A stretch of DNA of 64,000 nt from Vulcanimicrobiota bacterium (GCA_963833095.1 CAWHWQ010000001.1:888595-952594), one strand, 5' to 3'. Shown: positions 25,443 to 36,116, counted from the stretch's first letter. Numbers and translations are program-made. Notes: generated by a model from the letters alone, not told the origin.

Positions 25443-28400
25443 CTAGTTTCCAGCGGCTGCTTTGATTTGTGCGATTGCCGCGTCGGCTTGACCCTCGAGC
25501 TGCTTGGCGGCATCCGCTTCCGCAGCCGTCGGCGCCGAATACGAGAGATCGAGCGAGTTCATCAGAAACGCGAGGTGATCGCGAAGCTTTGACGGGAACA
25601 TGATGTCCGCCTCACTCGAGCGATAGCGCGGTTCGTAGACGGCCGTCACCGCACTCTCGACCGCGGAGCGCTTTGCCGGCGGCAACGACGCCATTTTGTT
25701 CTGCGCGGCGTTGATCGTCGTATCGAGCTCGTTGATCTTGTTCGAGAGTTCGGTAGCAAGCGCCAAACGCGACGGCAATTCGTCCGCGCCCGGATTGAAG
25801 CGCGGATCGAGTTGAAGTTTGAATGACGCCTTGGTGACGGTTCCACCGTAGCTCAACACTACGGTGTAGTCGCCGGGTAGCGTCGTCGGGCCCGGAAGGT
25901 CGTCGCGGAAGTCGTCCGTCGGCACAAGGTGCTGGCCGACGATCTCGGTTGCGCCGGCGTAACGCAGATCCCAGAGGAACTTATTCATCCCCGGCTCGAC
26001 CGCAGTCTCGCGCGAAAGATGATAGTTCGCGACGGTAATCGCATCCATCGCAGTCAGTTCCTCGCCCGAGTACTTCTTTGCTTTCTTATTCTTGAGATGC
26101 AGGTTGAATGTGCGAATCGTCTTCCCGTTTGCATCTTGAAATGAAAGCGTCGCCGGCGTTCTTCCGTTGTAATTGGACGGGAGATTGAAGAAGACGCTCG
26201 CGCCGTAGTCCGGGTTGTCGCCTGCCGGACCATAACTACCGCCGCCGTACGCGTGCGTCAGCCAGGCCGTCTCGGGCGCGAAGACCTGCGCCGAGGATGT
26301 CGAGGGTGAAGATTCGCGCGCGACGTCCTCGACCTGTTGCAGATGATCGAGCACCCAGAACGAGCGGCCGTGCGTCGCAATCGCAACTTCGCCTTCGCGC
26401 GCGTTGATCGCAATGTCACGCACTTCTACCGGCGGTAGATTCAATGCGAGTGATTGCCACGACTGCCCGCCGTTGAGGCTCACGTACACGCGGCTGCGCG
26501 TTCCGGCGAACATCACGCGCGGCTCACGCGGGTCGATACGCACGGCATAGACGGTTTGATCCGACGCAATGCCGTTCGTCATTTGCGCCCAGTTCGCGCC
26601 GCAATCCGTTGTTTTGAAGATAAAGGGACGCATATCGTCCCACATGTAGCGGGACGCCGTAACAAACGCGGTGCACGCGTCAGTCTGCGACGGCTCGAAG
26701 CTCGTGATCCGTGACCAGAGCGACCCCATCTGCTTGGGCGTCACATCTTTCCAGTTCGCGCCGCCGTCTTGCGTGACGTGAACGAGCCCATCGGCCGAGC
26801 CGGCCCAGATGGTGTCTTTGCTCACGGGCGAAAAGCCGAGCGACGCGATATCAGGGAAGGTCTCAGCACCGGTCTGATCCCAGTAGACGTTGCCGCCGCT
26901 TGGGCCTTCGGTCGACTTGTCGTTACGCGTCAAGTCGGGGCTGATCACTTTCCAGTTGCGACCGTAGTCGTCGCTTCGGAAGACGACCTGCGCCGCTTCG
27001 AACAGCGTATGTGGTTCCGCGGGCGAAAACATCACCGGATGGGTCCAGCCGAAGCGATACTTGGTGTCGCTCGCCTGATGGCCTGCAAGATAGATCGCCC
27101 ACGGCGTGACGTTCTTTTCGTCGCCGGTCGAATAATCCAGGCGCGCAAGGGCGCTGTAGTACGCCGCACCGTAGGTGACTTTCGGATCGTTTGGATCGAC
27201 GGCTACGTAGGTGCTCTCGCCGAGCGCCACGCCGTGCACAACGTTCGACCCCAATCCTTCGTTCGAAGCGCTGGGCATTTCGAATGCGCCGGCGTCCTGC
27301 ATCGCGCCGTACATATGGTACGGAAATTGCCCATCGAGCACGATGTGGTAGAACTGTGAAAGCGGCTGATTCTGCGTGGTGCTAAACGTCTTGCCGCCGT
27401 CGACGGAGACGTTGGCTCCGCCGTCGTCACCGATGATCAAGATCTTTGGATTGTGCGGATTGATCCAGATGATATGGTTGTCGCCGAGGCCCGGGCCGAG
27501 GGGTTTCCACGTGTGGCCGCCATCGGTTGTTTTGAAGACGCTGTCGACGTTGGGCGCGTAGGCGACTTTCCAATTGGTTGGGTCGACGTAAATCGCCATA
27601 TAATAGAAGGCGCGTTGACGAAGTTTCCACTCGTCGTTGACACGCGACCAGGTCGCGCCGGCATTGTCGGACCGAAAGACGCCGCCGTCTTTGGCTTGCA
27701 CGACCGCATAAACGACGTTTGAATTGTTCGGGGCCACGGCGACCCCCATCTTGCCGAGCATGCCCTTGGCAAAGCCGGGATTCGTAGAAATCTTTCTCCA
27801 GGTTTTGCCCGCATCCGTGGTCTTGTAAATCGCGCTGCCGGGTCCACCGCTCGTCAACGTCCACTCAGTGCGCTGCGCCTGCCACATGGTCGCATACAAC
27901 ACGTTCGGGTTCTTTGCGTCCATGACGATGTTGTTGGCGCCGGTGTTATCGTCGACGAAGAGGACTTTCTGCCATGTCTTGCCGCCGTCGACGGTCTTGT
28001 ACACGCCGCGATCGGCGTTCGGTTTGAAGACGTGGCCCATCGACGTCGCATAGACAATATTGGGGTTGCGCGGGTCGATAACGATCGAACTCGTTTGACG
28101 CGTTTCGCGCAGCCCGGCGTACCGCCAGGTCCCCCCGGCATCGGTCGACTTATAGACGCCTTCGCCGTTCTCCCAATCGCCGCGAATATCGCTCTCGCCG
28201 GTGCCGACGTAAATGATCTTTGCATTTGACGGTGCCACAGCAATGGCACCAATGCTGTGCGAAATTTTGCCCATCTTGCCATCGGTAATATTGTCCCAGG
28301 AGTTGCCGGCATTTTCGCTTTTCCAGACACCGCCCTGAACGCCGCCCATATAAAAGAGATTTGGGTCACTCGGTACGCCGGCTACCGCCACCACACGGCC

Positions 28401-28538
28401 GCCGATGTATGGGCCGACAAGGCGCCACTCCATCTTGCTCAGGAGTTTTTCGGATGGGGTGCTGGTAGCGGCGGGAACAGCACTTGGAGCCATGGCAAAA
28501 AACGCCGCGGCCAGGAGAGTAGCAACAATTCGCTTCAT
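25443..28538 (-). CDS. BNR/Asp-box repeat (VPS10/glycosyl-hydrolase-like) beta-propeller secreted protein
   Basis: Signal peptide; WRLVGPYIGGRV, repeated S/T-x-D-x-G-x-T-W boxes, ATHGRSFWVLD, PGDYTVVL. Confidence 0.9.
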   Translation of the reverse strand: MKRIVATLLAAAFFAMAPSAVPAATSTPSEKLLSKMEWRLVGPYIGGRVVAVAGVPSDPNLFYMGGVQGGVWKSENAGNSWDNITDGKMGKISHSIGAIAVAPSNAKIIYVGTGESDIRGDWENGEGVYKSTDAGGTWRYAGLRETRQTSSIVIDPRNPNIVYATSMGHVFKPNADRGVYKTVDGGKTWQKVLFVDDNTGANNIVMDAKNPNVLYATMWQAQRTEWTLTSGGPGSAIYKTTDAGKTWRKISTNPGFAKGMLGKMGVAVAPNNSNVVYAVVQAKDGGVFRSDNAGATWSRVNDEWKLRQRAFYYMAIYVDPTNWKVAYAPNVDSVFKTTDGGHTWKPLGPGLGDNHIIWINPHNPKILIIGDDGGANVSVDGGKTFSTTQNQPLSQFYHIVLDGQFPYHMYGAMQDAGAFEMPSASNEGLGSNVVHGVALGESTYVAVDPNDPKVTYGAAYYSALARLDYSTGDEKNVTPWAIYLAGHQASDTKYRFGWTHPVMFSPAEPHTLFEAAQVVFRSDDYGRNWKVISPDLTRNDKSTEGPSGGNVYWDQTGAETFPDIASLGFSPVSKDTIWAGSADGLVHVTQDGGANWKDVTPKQMGSLWSRITSFEPSQTDACTAFVTASRYMWDDMRPFIFKTTDCGANWAQMTNGIASDQTVYAVRIDPREPRVMFAGTRSRVYVSLNGGQSWQSLALNLPPVEVRDIAINAREGEVAIATHGRSFWVLDHLQQVEDVARESSPSTSSAQVFAPETAWLTHAYGGGSYGPAGDNPDYGASVFFNLPSNYNGRTPATLSFQDANGKTIRTFNLHLKNKKAKKYSGEELTAMDAITVANYHLSRETAVEPGMNKFLWDLRYAGATEIVGQHLVPTDDFRDDLPGPTTLPGDYTVVLSYGGTVTKASFKLQLDPRFNPGADELPSRLALATELSNKINELDTTINAAQNKMASLPPAKRSAVESAVTAVYEPRYRSSEADIMFPSKLRDHLAFLMNSLDLSYSAPTAAEADAAKQLEGQADAAIAQIKAAAGN

Positions 28539-28557
28539 CAAAGCGCTATACTCCGGC

Positions 28558-28602
28558 AAAAAGAAAAGCCCCGCAAAAGCGGGGCTCAAGTTTGTAGCGC
28601 CA
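28558..28602 (-). terminator. Terminator plus degenerate tRNA 3'-end remnant (att-like copy)
   Basis: AAAAAGAAAAGCCCCGCAAAAGCGGGGCTCAAGTTTGTAGCGCCA closely matches 35342-35385. Confidence 0.7.
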
Positions 28603-28607
28603 GGGTT

Positions 28608-28865
28608 TTACGGACAACTCACAACGATGGCGTTGCCAACGCGGCCGCCCGAGCCGGTCGGCTGGATGTGCGTCTTTGGCGTGACGCCATTTGCAATGTC
28701 CTTGTTCTTGTCCAGGCAAAGCATCGTCGCCGCGATTCCTGGTTCGACGCCGAAGACGCCGCCGGCAATTCGCAAGTTCGCATTAGCAAAAGCACCAACG
28801 GTAGCTGCCGCAGTCGCAACGGCGGCAAGAAGCGCAATGTGCGCAAATCTAGCAGAGATTTTCAT
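28608..28865 (-). CDS. Small secreted protein (85 aa, 2 Cys)
   Basis: MKISARFAHIALLAAVATAAATVGAFA signal peptide; followed by terminator. Confidence 0.6.
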   Translation of the reverse strand: MKISARFAHIALLAAVATAAATVGAFANANLRIAGGVFGVEPGIAATMLCLDKNKDIANGVTPKTHIQPTGSGGRVGNAIVVSCP

Positions 28866-28949
28866 ACAACGTGCTACCCGTTGGTCTGCGCCGATACCTG
28901 TCTTGCTGAGGTTGACAGGAGACGCTATATTATCTATTATGTGGACATT

Positions 28950-29282
28950 ATGGCGAAGGGTGACTATCTCGGCGAATTCGAGCATATCGTTCTGCTGACG
29001 GTGTTCCGTTTGGGTGAGGGTGCATATGGGGCGATGATTCGCGCTGAAATCGAACGCGTAACGGGTCGTTCTCCCGCGATCGGTGCGGTCCACGCGACAC
29101 TCGAGCGACTCGAGCGCAAGCAATTGGTCGCGTCGTGGATCGGCGAGCCGACCGCTGAGCGCGGCGGTAAAGCCAAGCGTCACTTCAAGGTCGAAGCTGA
29201 CGGCATTTCGGCGCTCAAAAATGCGCGAAATACGTTGGAACGACTTCACGCGGGCGTGTCGCTCCGAGACGCAAAAACGTGA
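28950..29282 (+). CDS. PadR family transcriptional regulator
   Basis: LGEFEHIVLL..AYG..IGAVHATLERLERK..ERGGKAKRHF. Confidence 0.92.
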   Translation: MAKGDYLGEFEHIVLLTVFRLGEGAYGAMIRAEIERVTGRSPAIGAVHATLERLERKQLVASWIGEPTAERGGKAKRHFKVEADGISALKNARNTLERLHAGVSLRDAKT

Positions 29283-29854
29283 GGCCGCCTGCCCTCGCGC
29301 AAGCGCTCGTCGCAGCCGCCGCACCGGCCGGCGACTATGAGATTATTGCGGGCGATCTGCACGAGGAATACGTTCGCATTATGAATTCGAGCGGAGCGAA
29401 GGCGGCGAACCGCTGGTATTGGGCGCAAACGCTGCGTTCAATACCGTCGCTCCTCTCGTACTCTAAATCGAATCGATCGGCGCTTCGCCAGATTGGTGTC
29501 GCGTGCACTGCCCTCGCCGTATTGGTTACGATGTCGGCAGTTCTCATGACACTCGATTCGGTTTTCGGCAACGGAGACCAGCTTGCGTGCTGGGTGTGGT
29601 TTTGCATCAACTATACGAATGCAGTAGTATTCGGCGCGATCCTCGGGTGGCTCGTCGGTGCTGACGGCCTGCGCGTTACCTTTTTTGCGTCGGTATTTCT
29701 CGTTCTGTGCTTTGTCGTTCCGGCAATCGCAGGGCATCCGGGTTCTCAAGCGCCGTTGTCGAGTTGGCTTGTTCTTTTGGGGGCGGTTCCTGTAATGTGC
29801 ATCGGCGCCGGAGTCAGCCAGGTCATCAGACGAAGCATCGATAGCGCGCGCTAA
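29279..29854 (+). CDS. PadR-associated membrane protein (permease-prefix-like N-terminus)
   Basis: RPP..IAGDLHEEY..ANRWYWAQ motif then ~4 TMs; GTGA overlap with padR. Confidence 0.8.
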   Translation: MRPPALAQALVAAAAPAGDYEIIAGDLHEEYVRIMNSSGAKAANRWYWAQTLRSIPSLLSYSKSNRSALRQIGVACTALAVLVTMSAVLMTLDSVFGNGDQLACWVWFCINYTNAVVFGAILGWLVGADGLRVTFFASVFLVLCFVVPAIAGHPGSQAPLSSWLVLLGAVPVMCIGAGVSQVIRRSIDSAR

Positions 29855-29863
29855 GGAGCCTTC

Positions 29864-32037
29864 ATGAGAGCCCTAGCGCGAGGCGTGCTTCGTGTTGCCA
29901 CAATCGGCGCGCTCGTGGTCGCAAAAATGACTCTAGCGGCTGGCGCCGACGACGCACTACCCACCCTCACACTGCCCGCGGCGCCCGCGCCCGCGATGAA
30001 GGGCGAGGTGGATAAGTCGTGGGACGGCGCGGCAACGCTCCATCTGGATTACGACTTCACGTATCGCCGCGCGGCGACCTCGCCTGCGACGGTGCGCGTA
30101 ACGCAGGATGGGACCGCGCTCTACGTCGCGTTCGAAGTGGCTCAAAAAGCCGCGATCATCGCCAATCAGCACGCAAACGGCAGCTCCGTTTTAAGCGACG
30201 ATTACGTCGGCGTGTATTTCAATCCGCAAGGGAGTGAGGGTTTTTCGTACGCATTCTTCGCCAATCCAATCGGCACGCGCTATCAGATGTCGAGCGAGAA
30301 CAGCGCGTACTCACCGGAATGGACCGCCGTCGCCCGCTCGACTCAGAGCGGCTATGACGTAACGATGCGCATTCCGCTGAGCATCATCCGCTCGGGCGGC
30401 TCGCGCGACTGGCGCATGCAATTCGTGCGCTTCTCTGGAGCCACAAACTCGCTCGACGTGTGGGCTTACTCGTCCATCGCGAGCTCGGCGTCGGATCCGA
30501 CGTTCATCGGCATGGCCAAAGGCGTCGGCGTCGCGCCGGCCGGATCGAAATCGACGAGAGCGCGCGATGCGGCACGCTTCCAACCGTATGCGCTTTCCGC
30601 GTCCACTTCAGCGAGAATGGCGGCAGCACCTCACGCATCGGCGCCGACTTTTCGCTGCCGTTGACACCAACCGCGTCGTTCGTCGGCACGCTGCACCCCG
30701 ACTACTCGAATGTGGAATCCGACCAGCAGACGATCGCGCCGACCGCGTTCGCCCGCCAATATGTTGAAGTGCGGCCATTCTTTACCCAGCTAGCGAGCAA
30801 CTTCTATCAAAACTTCATCTGTGTCGCCTGTCCTCAAACGCTCTACACGCCGGCGATTCCGACGTTCTCGCAAGGCTATGGTGCCGAGGGCACACAGGGG
30901 CGCGTAACGTTCGCCGCGTTCGACGCGCTCGGTCTGAGCCGTACCGACCAAGCCGAGACCGTGAACTACGCTTACGAGGATCCACGGCAAATGTTTGGCA
31001 TCGATACTCAGCGTGTCGCGGTCAACGCCTATGGCCTGAGCGACGTCACGTCGTCGCTCGGACTGGGCTATATCAACCAACACACGCACTTCGGCGTCTA
31101 CAGCAACAACGTCTTCGAATCGGGATCGTTGGTCAGCGACGGCGCGCAGGCCCAAGACCGAGAGTATGGTTTACTCTACTCAACGTCAACGAGCAGCTAT
31201 GTCGTCGGCGTGCAGCAGATCGGCGCTCAATTCGATCCTCTCGACGGCTACGTCGCGCAGAACGACATCCTCGGTTATCAGAGCCTTCTGCAGCACACCT
31301 TTAACTTCACGCCGTCGTTCTGGCTTCACGGCGTCAACGTAACGAATTACTTCGCGCGGTACAACAATCATCTCGGCCTGCTCTCACGAGCAGAGGAGGA
31401 ATTGCAAGTCAGGATCGACTTGAAAGACCTGCTCACCGTGAAGCTCTATGGGAGTCCCCAAGACATCCGCACCGTCGAGAACGAGCTCCTCCCGTTTAAC
31501 GGCAACGGCTTCAACGTCGGGTATCGCGAAAACACGAACACACCGTCATACCTGCAATACACCGGCGGACCATACTACCACGGCGGACTCGACGCGTGGA
31601 CCTATCTCACCACGCTGCCCGTTACTCGCCGTATCCACGTAGCGCTTGAGACCGATGAAGATAAATACCTGACGGTCTATCCCGGCGAGGTTTCGACCGA
31701 TCAATGGCTGGCGCGTGCCTCGCTCGACTGGCAGCCGAATAAAGAATGGCAGTTCGACGTTGGCATGCGCCGCATCGTTGGCCCGAATCTCCCCAACGCG
31801 TTCCAAACGCCGGTATACCAAAGCATCTATTCGCCAGCGTCTACCTGCAATATCGCGACGGGAAATCCGTACCAGTCCGGGTGCTTCATCGACGCCGGGA
31901 ACGTCTCACTTGCGCTGCATTACTTGCGCGGACACGACGAGTTCTATTTCGTCTACGGCAATGCGAACAACCTCATCACCGAACCAGCCCTGTTCGTCAA
32001 GTGGATCCTCTACATCGGCGCACAGAAGGGGCAATAG
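29864..32037 (+). CDS. CBM9-like + DUF5916-like outer-membrane protein, apparent frameshift near 30600-30615
   Basis: Frame 1: signal peptide, DGTALYVAF, DDYVGV, YDVTMRIPL, RFQPYAL; next frame continues NGGSTSRIGADF..GTLHPDYSNVESDQ..EVRPFF. Confidence 0.8.
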
Positions 32038-32110
32038 ACGCTTCCACGCCGACAGGAAGCGCGCGATCACCAGGTTGAGACGGCAAGTTCCGCAAAACTA
32101 CCGCGACGAT

Positions 32111-32281
32111 GTGCTTGTTGGCTCGGGCTGCGGCGGCGGGTCTATGGTCCCGGCTGCGCACGTCCCGGCGGCCACGAGCGGCGACGGAACGCTAGAGCTC
32201 GCGGTCACGATTCCGGCGAAGACTGCGGTGAGCGTCAGACGGCGTCCAGCGTACATCTCTCAGCGGGAGTCTGCACGCTGA
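32111..32281 (+). pseudogene. Remnant of a lipoprotein N-terminus
   Basis: ..GCGGGS..LELAVTIPAKTAVSVRRRPAYISQ then stop; lacks an intact start and body. Confidence 0.4.
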
Positions 32282-32611
32282 CTCGGTTACGCTGACATAC
32301 ACTGCTTCAGGCTTGCAAGTCGAGGGCAAAGCCCGACACCACTGATCACCGCGAGTGACAAGCCGATTTAAACAGAAGTCGAAGCGGGAAGCGTTACGGT
32401 TCTTGGTCGATACGGTTGACCGTACGGCTGCGGGCTGCGCGGCGACGAAGTATTTGGGCATTGCCCAAGGAGCTGTGTGCGCCCTATTGACGTCGTGTGC
32501 GCCACGATGTATTGAACCGCTGGCGGTTCGCTCGCGCGCTGCTCGGGTGGCGGAAACTGAAAGAGCATCGGAGCACTTGATCCCACACGAAGCGGATCAT
32601 CTGCCTCGTCA

Positions 32612-32633
32612 TGGTAGCGCCACATCCAATCGA
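32612..32633 (-). other. Degenerate tRNA 3'-end (att-like) remnant
   Basis: TGGTAGCGCCA-catcc-AATCGA versus TGGTAGCGCCA-acggg-AATCGA at 35375. Confidence 0.55.
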
Positions 32634-32960
32634 GTGGAACGCGTGAAGAATCAGCGTCGTAAAGGGACTCTGACCAAGTTCACAGGCGACCGTTCCGCGT
32701 TCGGCTGTGCGACCGTCGACGTTCGAGCAATCGACGCGAAGAAATGCATTCGTACCGCTGATCTGCAATGCGATGTAAGATGGCATACCCGCGCATTCTA
32801 GGCGGAGAGCGAACAACTTCCTGTATCGTATTGAGCACAGCGCATCCTCGGCTGGGAATCGAACGGAAACGTAACGTCTCGCTAGGCATCCGCTCGCTCG
32901 TTTCGCACAGGAATGGGCCGCTGTTGCGCGGGAAGCGTTGTTATTCTTGGGGGTGTAAAA

Positions 32961-34511
32961 ATGTTGCAGCGCGTACGCGTCTGGTCCATCTCTCTCGCGT
33001 CACTCGGCATTGTCACGTTAGCGGCGTGCTCCGGGGGCGGCGGCAGCCAAAACCCCGCAACGCTTGCTTCACCGGTCGCGACTGCGACGACGAAAACCTC
33101 ACCCGTGCCGACCGCGACGAGTTCGCTGGCGCCGAGTGGAACAGCGCTGAACTGGCCGGTGTTTGGGCACGATCCAGCGCGCAGCGGCGTCGACGTTGGC
33201 GATACTACTCTCAATTCAGCGAATGTTTCCACGCTTGTTGAGAAATGGCAGATTTCGTTTGGGAGCGGGAACGTGGCGGACTCCACACCGATTCTGCTAA
33301 CCAACATCCAGGTTGCTGGGACCGCGCAGCAGATGCTCTATCAAACCGCCAAGAACGGCGAGACCTTCGCAATCGAAGCGCAGACCGGAAAAATTATATG
33401 GACATACTCGACGAGCGGGCCGCAAATTACGACCTCGACGCCGGCTGCCGATCCGAGCGGTACGGCAATCTACGTTCCCGGCGTCGACGGAAAAGTGCAT
33501 AAGCTCAATGCGGCAACCGGTGCAGAAATGAGCGCGACCGGATTTCCCGCCACGATCACGACGATTCCCGGCACCGAAAAGGACGCTTCGGCACTGAACG
33601 TCGCAAACGGCTACCTGTACGCGACGACGTCGGGATACGATGGCGACGCGCCATATTACGACGGTCATGTAGTGAGCGTGAATCTCTCGACCGGTGCAAC
33701 CAACGTGTTCAACTCGCTGTGTAGCACGCAGACTACGTTGCCGACAAGCGCGTCGTGTCCGCACAGCGACTCGGGCATTTGGGCACGCGGCGGCGCGGTC
33801 GTCGATCCGTATCCGTCGATGAACGGCGACGTCTACGTTGCGACCGGCAACGGCTTGTATGACGGCACCAACAACTACGGCGACTCCGTGATCGCGCTGT
33901 CGGCAAACGTTTCGTCGATGATTGGCAGTTACACACCATCGACGTATACGATTTTGCAACAAGACGATACCGACGTCGGCTCGACCTCGCCAACCTTGCT
34001 CCCGTTTCAGAGTATTAGCGCGACGCCGCTGATGCTGGCGCAGGGCGGAAAAGACAGCATCCTACGGCTGTTGAACCGCTCGCCGCTTCCCGGCGGCACC
34101 GCCGGTGAGCTGCAAGAGATCACTTTGCCGTCTCGATTGTATGCAACCCCCGCGGTCTGGACCAATGCGCAGGGCGTGACGTACATCTTCTTCGGATTGC
34201 CAAATCAGATCGATGCCTACGAGCTCGAGACCAATGGGGCCGGTGTGAGCAGCCTCGCGCAAGCGTGGACCGCGCAAGACGGGTCGACAAGCGGCGAGGG
34301 AACTTCGCCGGTGGTCAGCAACGGCATCGTCTTCGTCGCGATGGATAACGCCATCTTTGCGCTTTCAGCGCAGACGGGGACGGAATTGTGGAGCAGCGCG
34401 AGCACCGCGCATTCGATCGGGCCCGTGCACTGGCAAAGTCCGATTGTCATAAACGGCTGGGTCTACTGCTCGGATCAGAACGGGAATCTTACAGCATACG
34501 GCTTGCCGTAA
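32961..34511 (+). CDS. PQQ-binding-like beta-propeller lipoprotein
   Basis: Lipobox LAAC; WPVFGHDPARSG, TGKIIW, GIWARGG, YVATGNG, SPVVSNGIVFV, SPIVINGWVY. Confidence 0.88.
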   Translation: MLQRVRVWSISLASLGIVTLAACSGGGGSQNPATLASPVATATTKTSPVPTATSSLAPSGTALNWPVFGHDPARSGVDVGDTTLNSANVSTLVEKWQISFGSGNVADSTPILLTNIQVAGTAQQMLYQTAKNGETFAIEAQTGKIIWTYSTSGPQITTSTPAADPSGTAIYVPGVDGKVHKLNAATGAEMSATGFPATITTIPGTEKDASALNVANGYLYATTSGYDGDAPYYDGHVVSVNLSTGATNVFNSLCSTQTTLPTSASCPHSDSGIWARGGAVVDPYPSMNGDVYVATGNGLYDGTNNYGDSVIALSANVSSMIGSYTPSTYTILQQDDTDVGSTSPTLLPFQSISATPLMLAQGGKDSILRLLNRSPLPGGTAGELQEITLPSRLYATPAVWTNAQGVTYIFFGLPNQIDAYELETNGAGVSSLAQAWTAQDGSTSGEGTSPVVSNGIVFVAMDNAIFALSAQTGTELWSSASTAHSIGPVHWQSPIVINGWVYCSDQNGNLTAYGLP

Positions 34512-34582
34512 CGCCGTCCAGCGGTCTTTGGGGGTCGCGAGCGGCCTGTGGTCGTAACCCTTTTCTCACGGAGGTTCCCGCA

Positions 34583-34969
34583 ATGTTCATCGCGCGCGCG
34601 CTCTTTCACGTCACCGCCTTCAGCCTCATTGCTGCGTCGACGCCAGCCACCGCCGTAGCCAATCCAACACTCACCGCTTCGCCTTCGACGTTGAACCTTC
34701 GAGTTGGGCAACGCGAGACGGTTACCGTCACGCGCAAACCCGGCGCCTCGAAAGGCGAATGGGTGGAGATCAAGGTCGTAAAGGAAGCCTCTACGTGCTT
34801 CGAATACCCGCGCGTTCATCCGATCAGCACGTCGATGGGCGGCAATGGCGACATTCAGGTCATCAACAAATACGTCTACGAAGGCAGCTATCCCGGCTCG
34901 TGCACGTATACGTACCAGGATAATCGCGGCACTCGCACGACCGTCACGATTAACGTCGCGCCAAAATAG
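34583..34969 (+). CDS. Secreted Ig-like hypothetical protein
   Basis: GGAGG RBS; signal peptide; LTASPSTLNLRVGQRETVTV..TTVTINV. Confidence 0.75.
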   Translation: MFIARALFHVTAFSLIAASTPATAVANPTLTASPSTLNLRVGQRETVTVTRKPGASKGEWVEIKVVKEASTCFEYPRVHPISTSMGGNGDIQVINKYVYEGSYPGSCTYTYQDNRGTRTTVTINVAPK

Positions 34970-34986
34970 CAAGAGGAGGTTCAGCC

Positions 34987-35325
34987 GTGGGACATCGTTT
35001 CTTTGGCGCAATGTTGGCAACACTTTTTGCCGCAACAGGTATCGCCAGCGCCGACTGCTACGTTTACGGGAAAGACGGCCTGAGGCCGTGGGACTCGAAC
35101 AAGTGCCAGGAGATCAGCGGCGGCTTTCGTTGCCCAAACAACACAGCGACCGCAGTGTCGTTCCGCGACCCGAAGCGCAGCAACGGTTGTGGGATTTCGG
35201 TCAAGAGCCAGGGCAGCAACGGCCGGTGGGACGTTGCGGCGATGTCACCCCGCGGATGGGCAACCTGGACGTGCGCCATCAGGCAGATCGGCAGCAACAC
35301 CTACGACATCTATCCTCCGCATTGA
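34987..35325 (+). CDS. Small secreted Cys-containing protein
   Basis: GAGGAGG RBS; signal peptide ending ASA-D; several Cys. Confidence 0.75.
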   Translation: MGHRFFGAMLATLFAATGIASADCYVYGKDGLRPWDSNKCQEISGGFRCPNNTATAVSFRDPKRSNGCGISVKSQGSNGRWDVAAMSPRGWATWTCAIRQIGSNTYDIYPPH

Positions 35326-35341
35326 TCGCACGTCGCGCGAG

Positions 35342-35372
35342 AAAAGAAAAAGCCCCGTAAAAACGGGGCTCA
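35342..35372. terminator. Terminator downstream of tRNA 3' fragment
   Basis: AAAAGAAAAAGCCCCGT-aaaa-ACGGGGCT; U-tract on minus strand. Confidence 0.85.
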
Positions 35373-35374
35373 AG

Positions 35375-35401
35375 TGGTAGCGCCAACGGGAATCGAACCC
35401 G
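35375..35401 (-). other. Island attachment site: duplicated 3' end of a tRNA (probably tRNA-Glu), not a full tRNA
   Basis: Minus strand CGGGTTCGATTCCCGTTGGCGCTACCA = T-arm + acceptor 3' strand + CCA; no D or anticodon arm upstream. Confidence 0.88.
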
Positions 35402-35502
35402 CCACCGAGGCTGCAGATGACTGCAAGCTCTCCGAGAAATCGCGGTAAAATTGAGATCTTACGGACCTTCTACTGCGAGCTGATGCATTCTGATGCAGAT
35501 GC

Positions 35503-35524
35503 TAGGTAGACATTTAGGTAGACA
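35503..35524 (+). repeat. Tandem direct repeat, putative integrase arm-type sites (left)
   Basis: TAGGTAGACA-tt-TAGGTAGACA about 100 bp inside the att. Confidence 0.7.
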
Positions 35525-35843
35525 CGGCTGGTAGCTCGCTAGAGACGCGTAGCAAGGGCACCTGAAGAGCCGCTCACGATTTTCGAATCACACGATAGTT
35601 CACTCCGCGCGCTCGCGGACGCTGGCTTCGTGGACCCCCTGCGCGATCGGCGCTCGAGCTTGATCCGCCTGAGGAGGCGAGCTAGCGATAGTCTTTTGGA
35701 GTCGCTTGGTGGTATTATCACGTCAGGTCTGGGGCCGGGCGTTGCCAATGCGCTCGCGGCAACAGCGTCTGGCGCTGGCAACCAGCACCAGACAGATGCT
35801 TGTTTGGCGACGCTAGTTTAATGTAGAGGGATCAGGGCAGGAG

Positions 35844-36116
35844 ATGCTTATGACGGCAGCAGCAACCCAGGCGCCGCTAGTCGCGGCATCTGACGACAAG
35901 GCGCATCTCGAAATCGCAGTCGCCGTGGAGGGGCTTGGTGTGCGCTTTCGCGGCACTCGCGACGCCATCTTGCTATTCGAGCGGCTCCCTGAACTGGGCG
36001 AGACTAACGCTGACGTAGTCGCTTACCAAGTCCTTTCGAAGCTGGCGGAAGTTCACTCGACGTCAGATGAAGCGCGCGCGTTCTTGGATCAGCACCGAGA
36101 ACTAGGCATCATTTAG
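35844..36116 (+). CDS. Hypothetical protein
   Basis: AGGAG RBS; 90 aa; first of three co-oriented genes. Confidence 0.65.
   Translation: MLMTAAATQAPLVAASDDKAHLEIAVAVEGLGVRFRGTRDAILLFERLPELGETNADVVAYQVLSKLAEVHSTSDEARAFLDQHRELGII

Noticed and set aside
35375..35450. Complete tRNA gene
   Set aside because: Only the T-arm and acceptor 3' strand are present; the upstream sequence cannot form D or anticodon arms.
35539..35821. Overlapping short ORFs just inside the left att
   Set aside because: No convincing start, RBS or motif on either strand.
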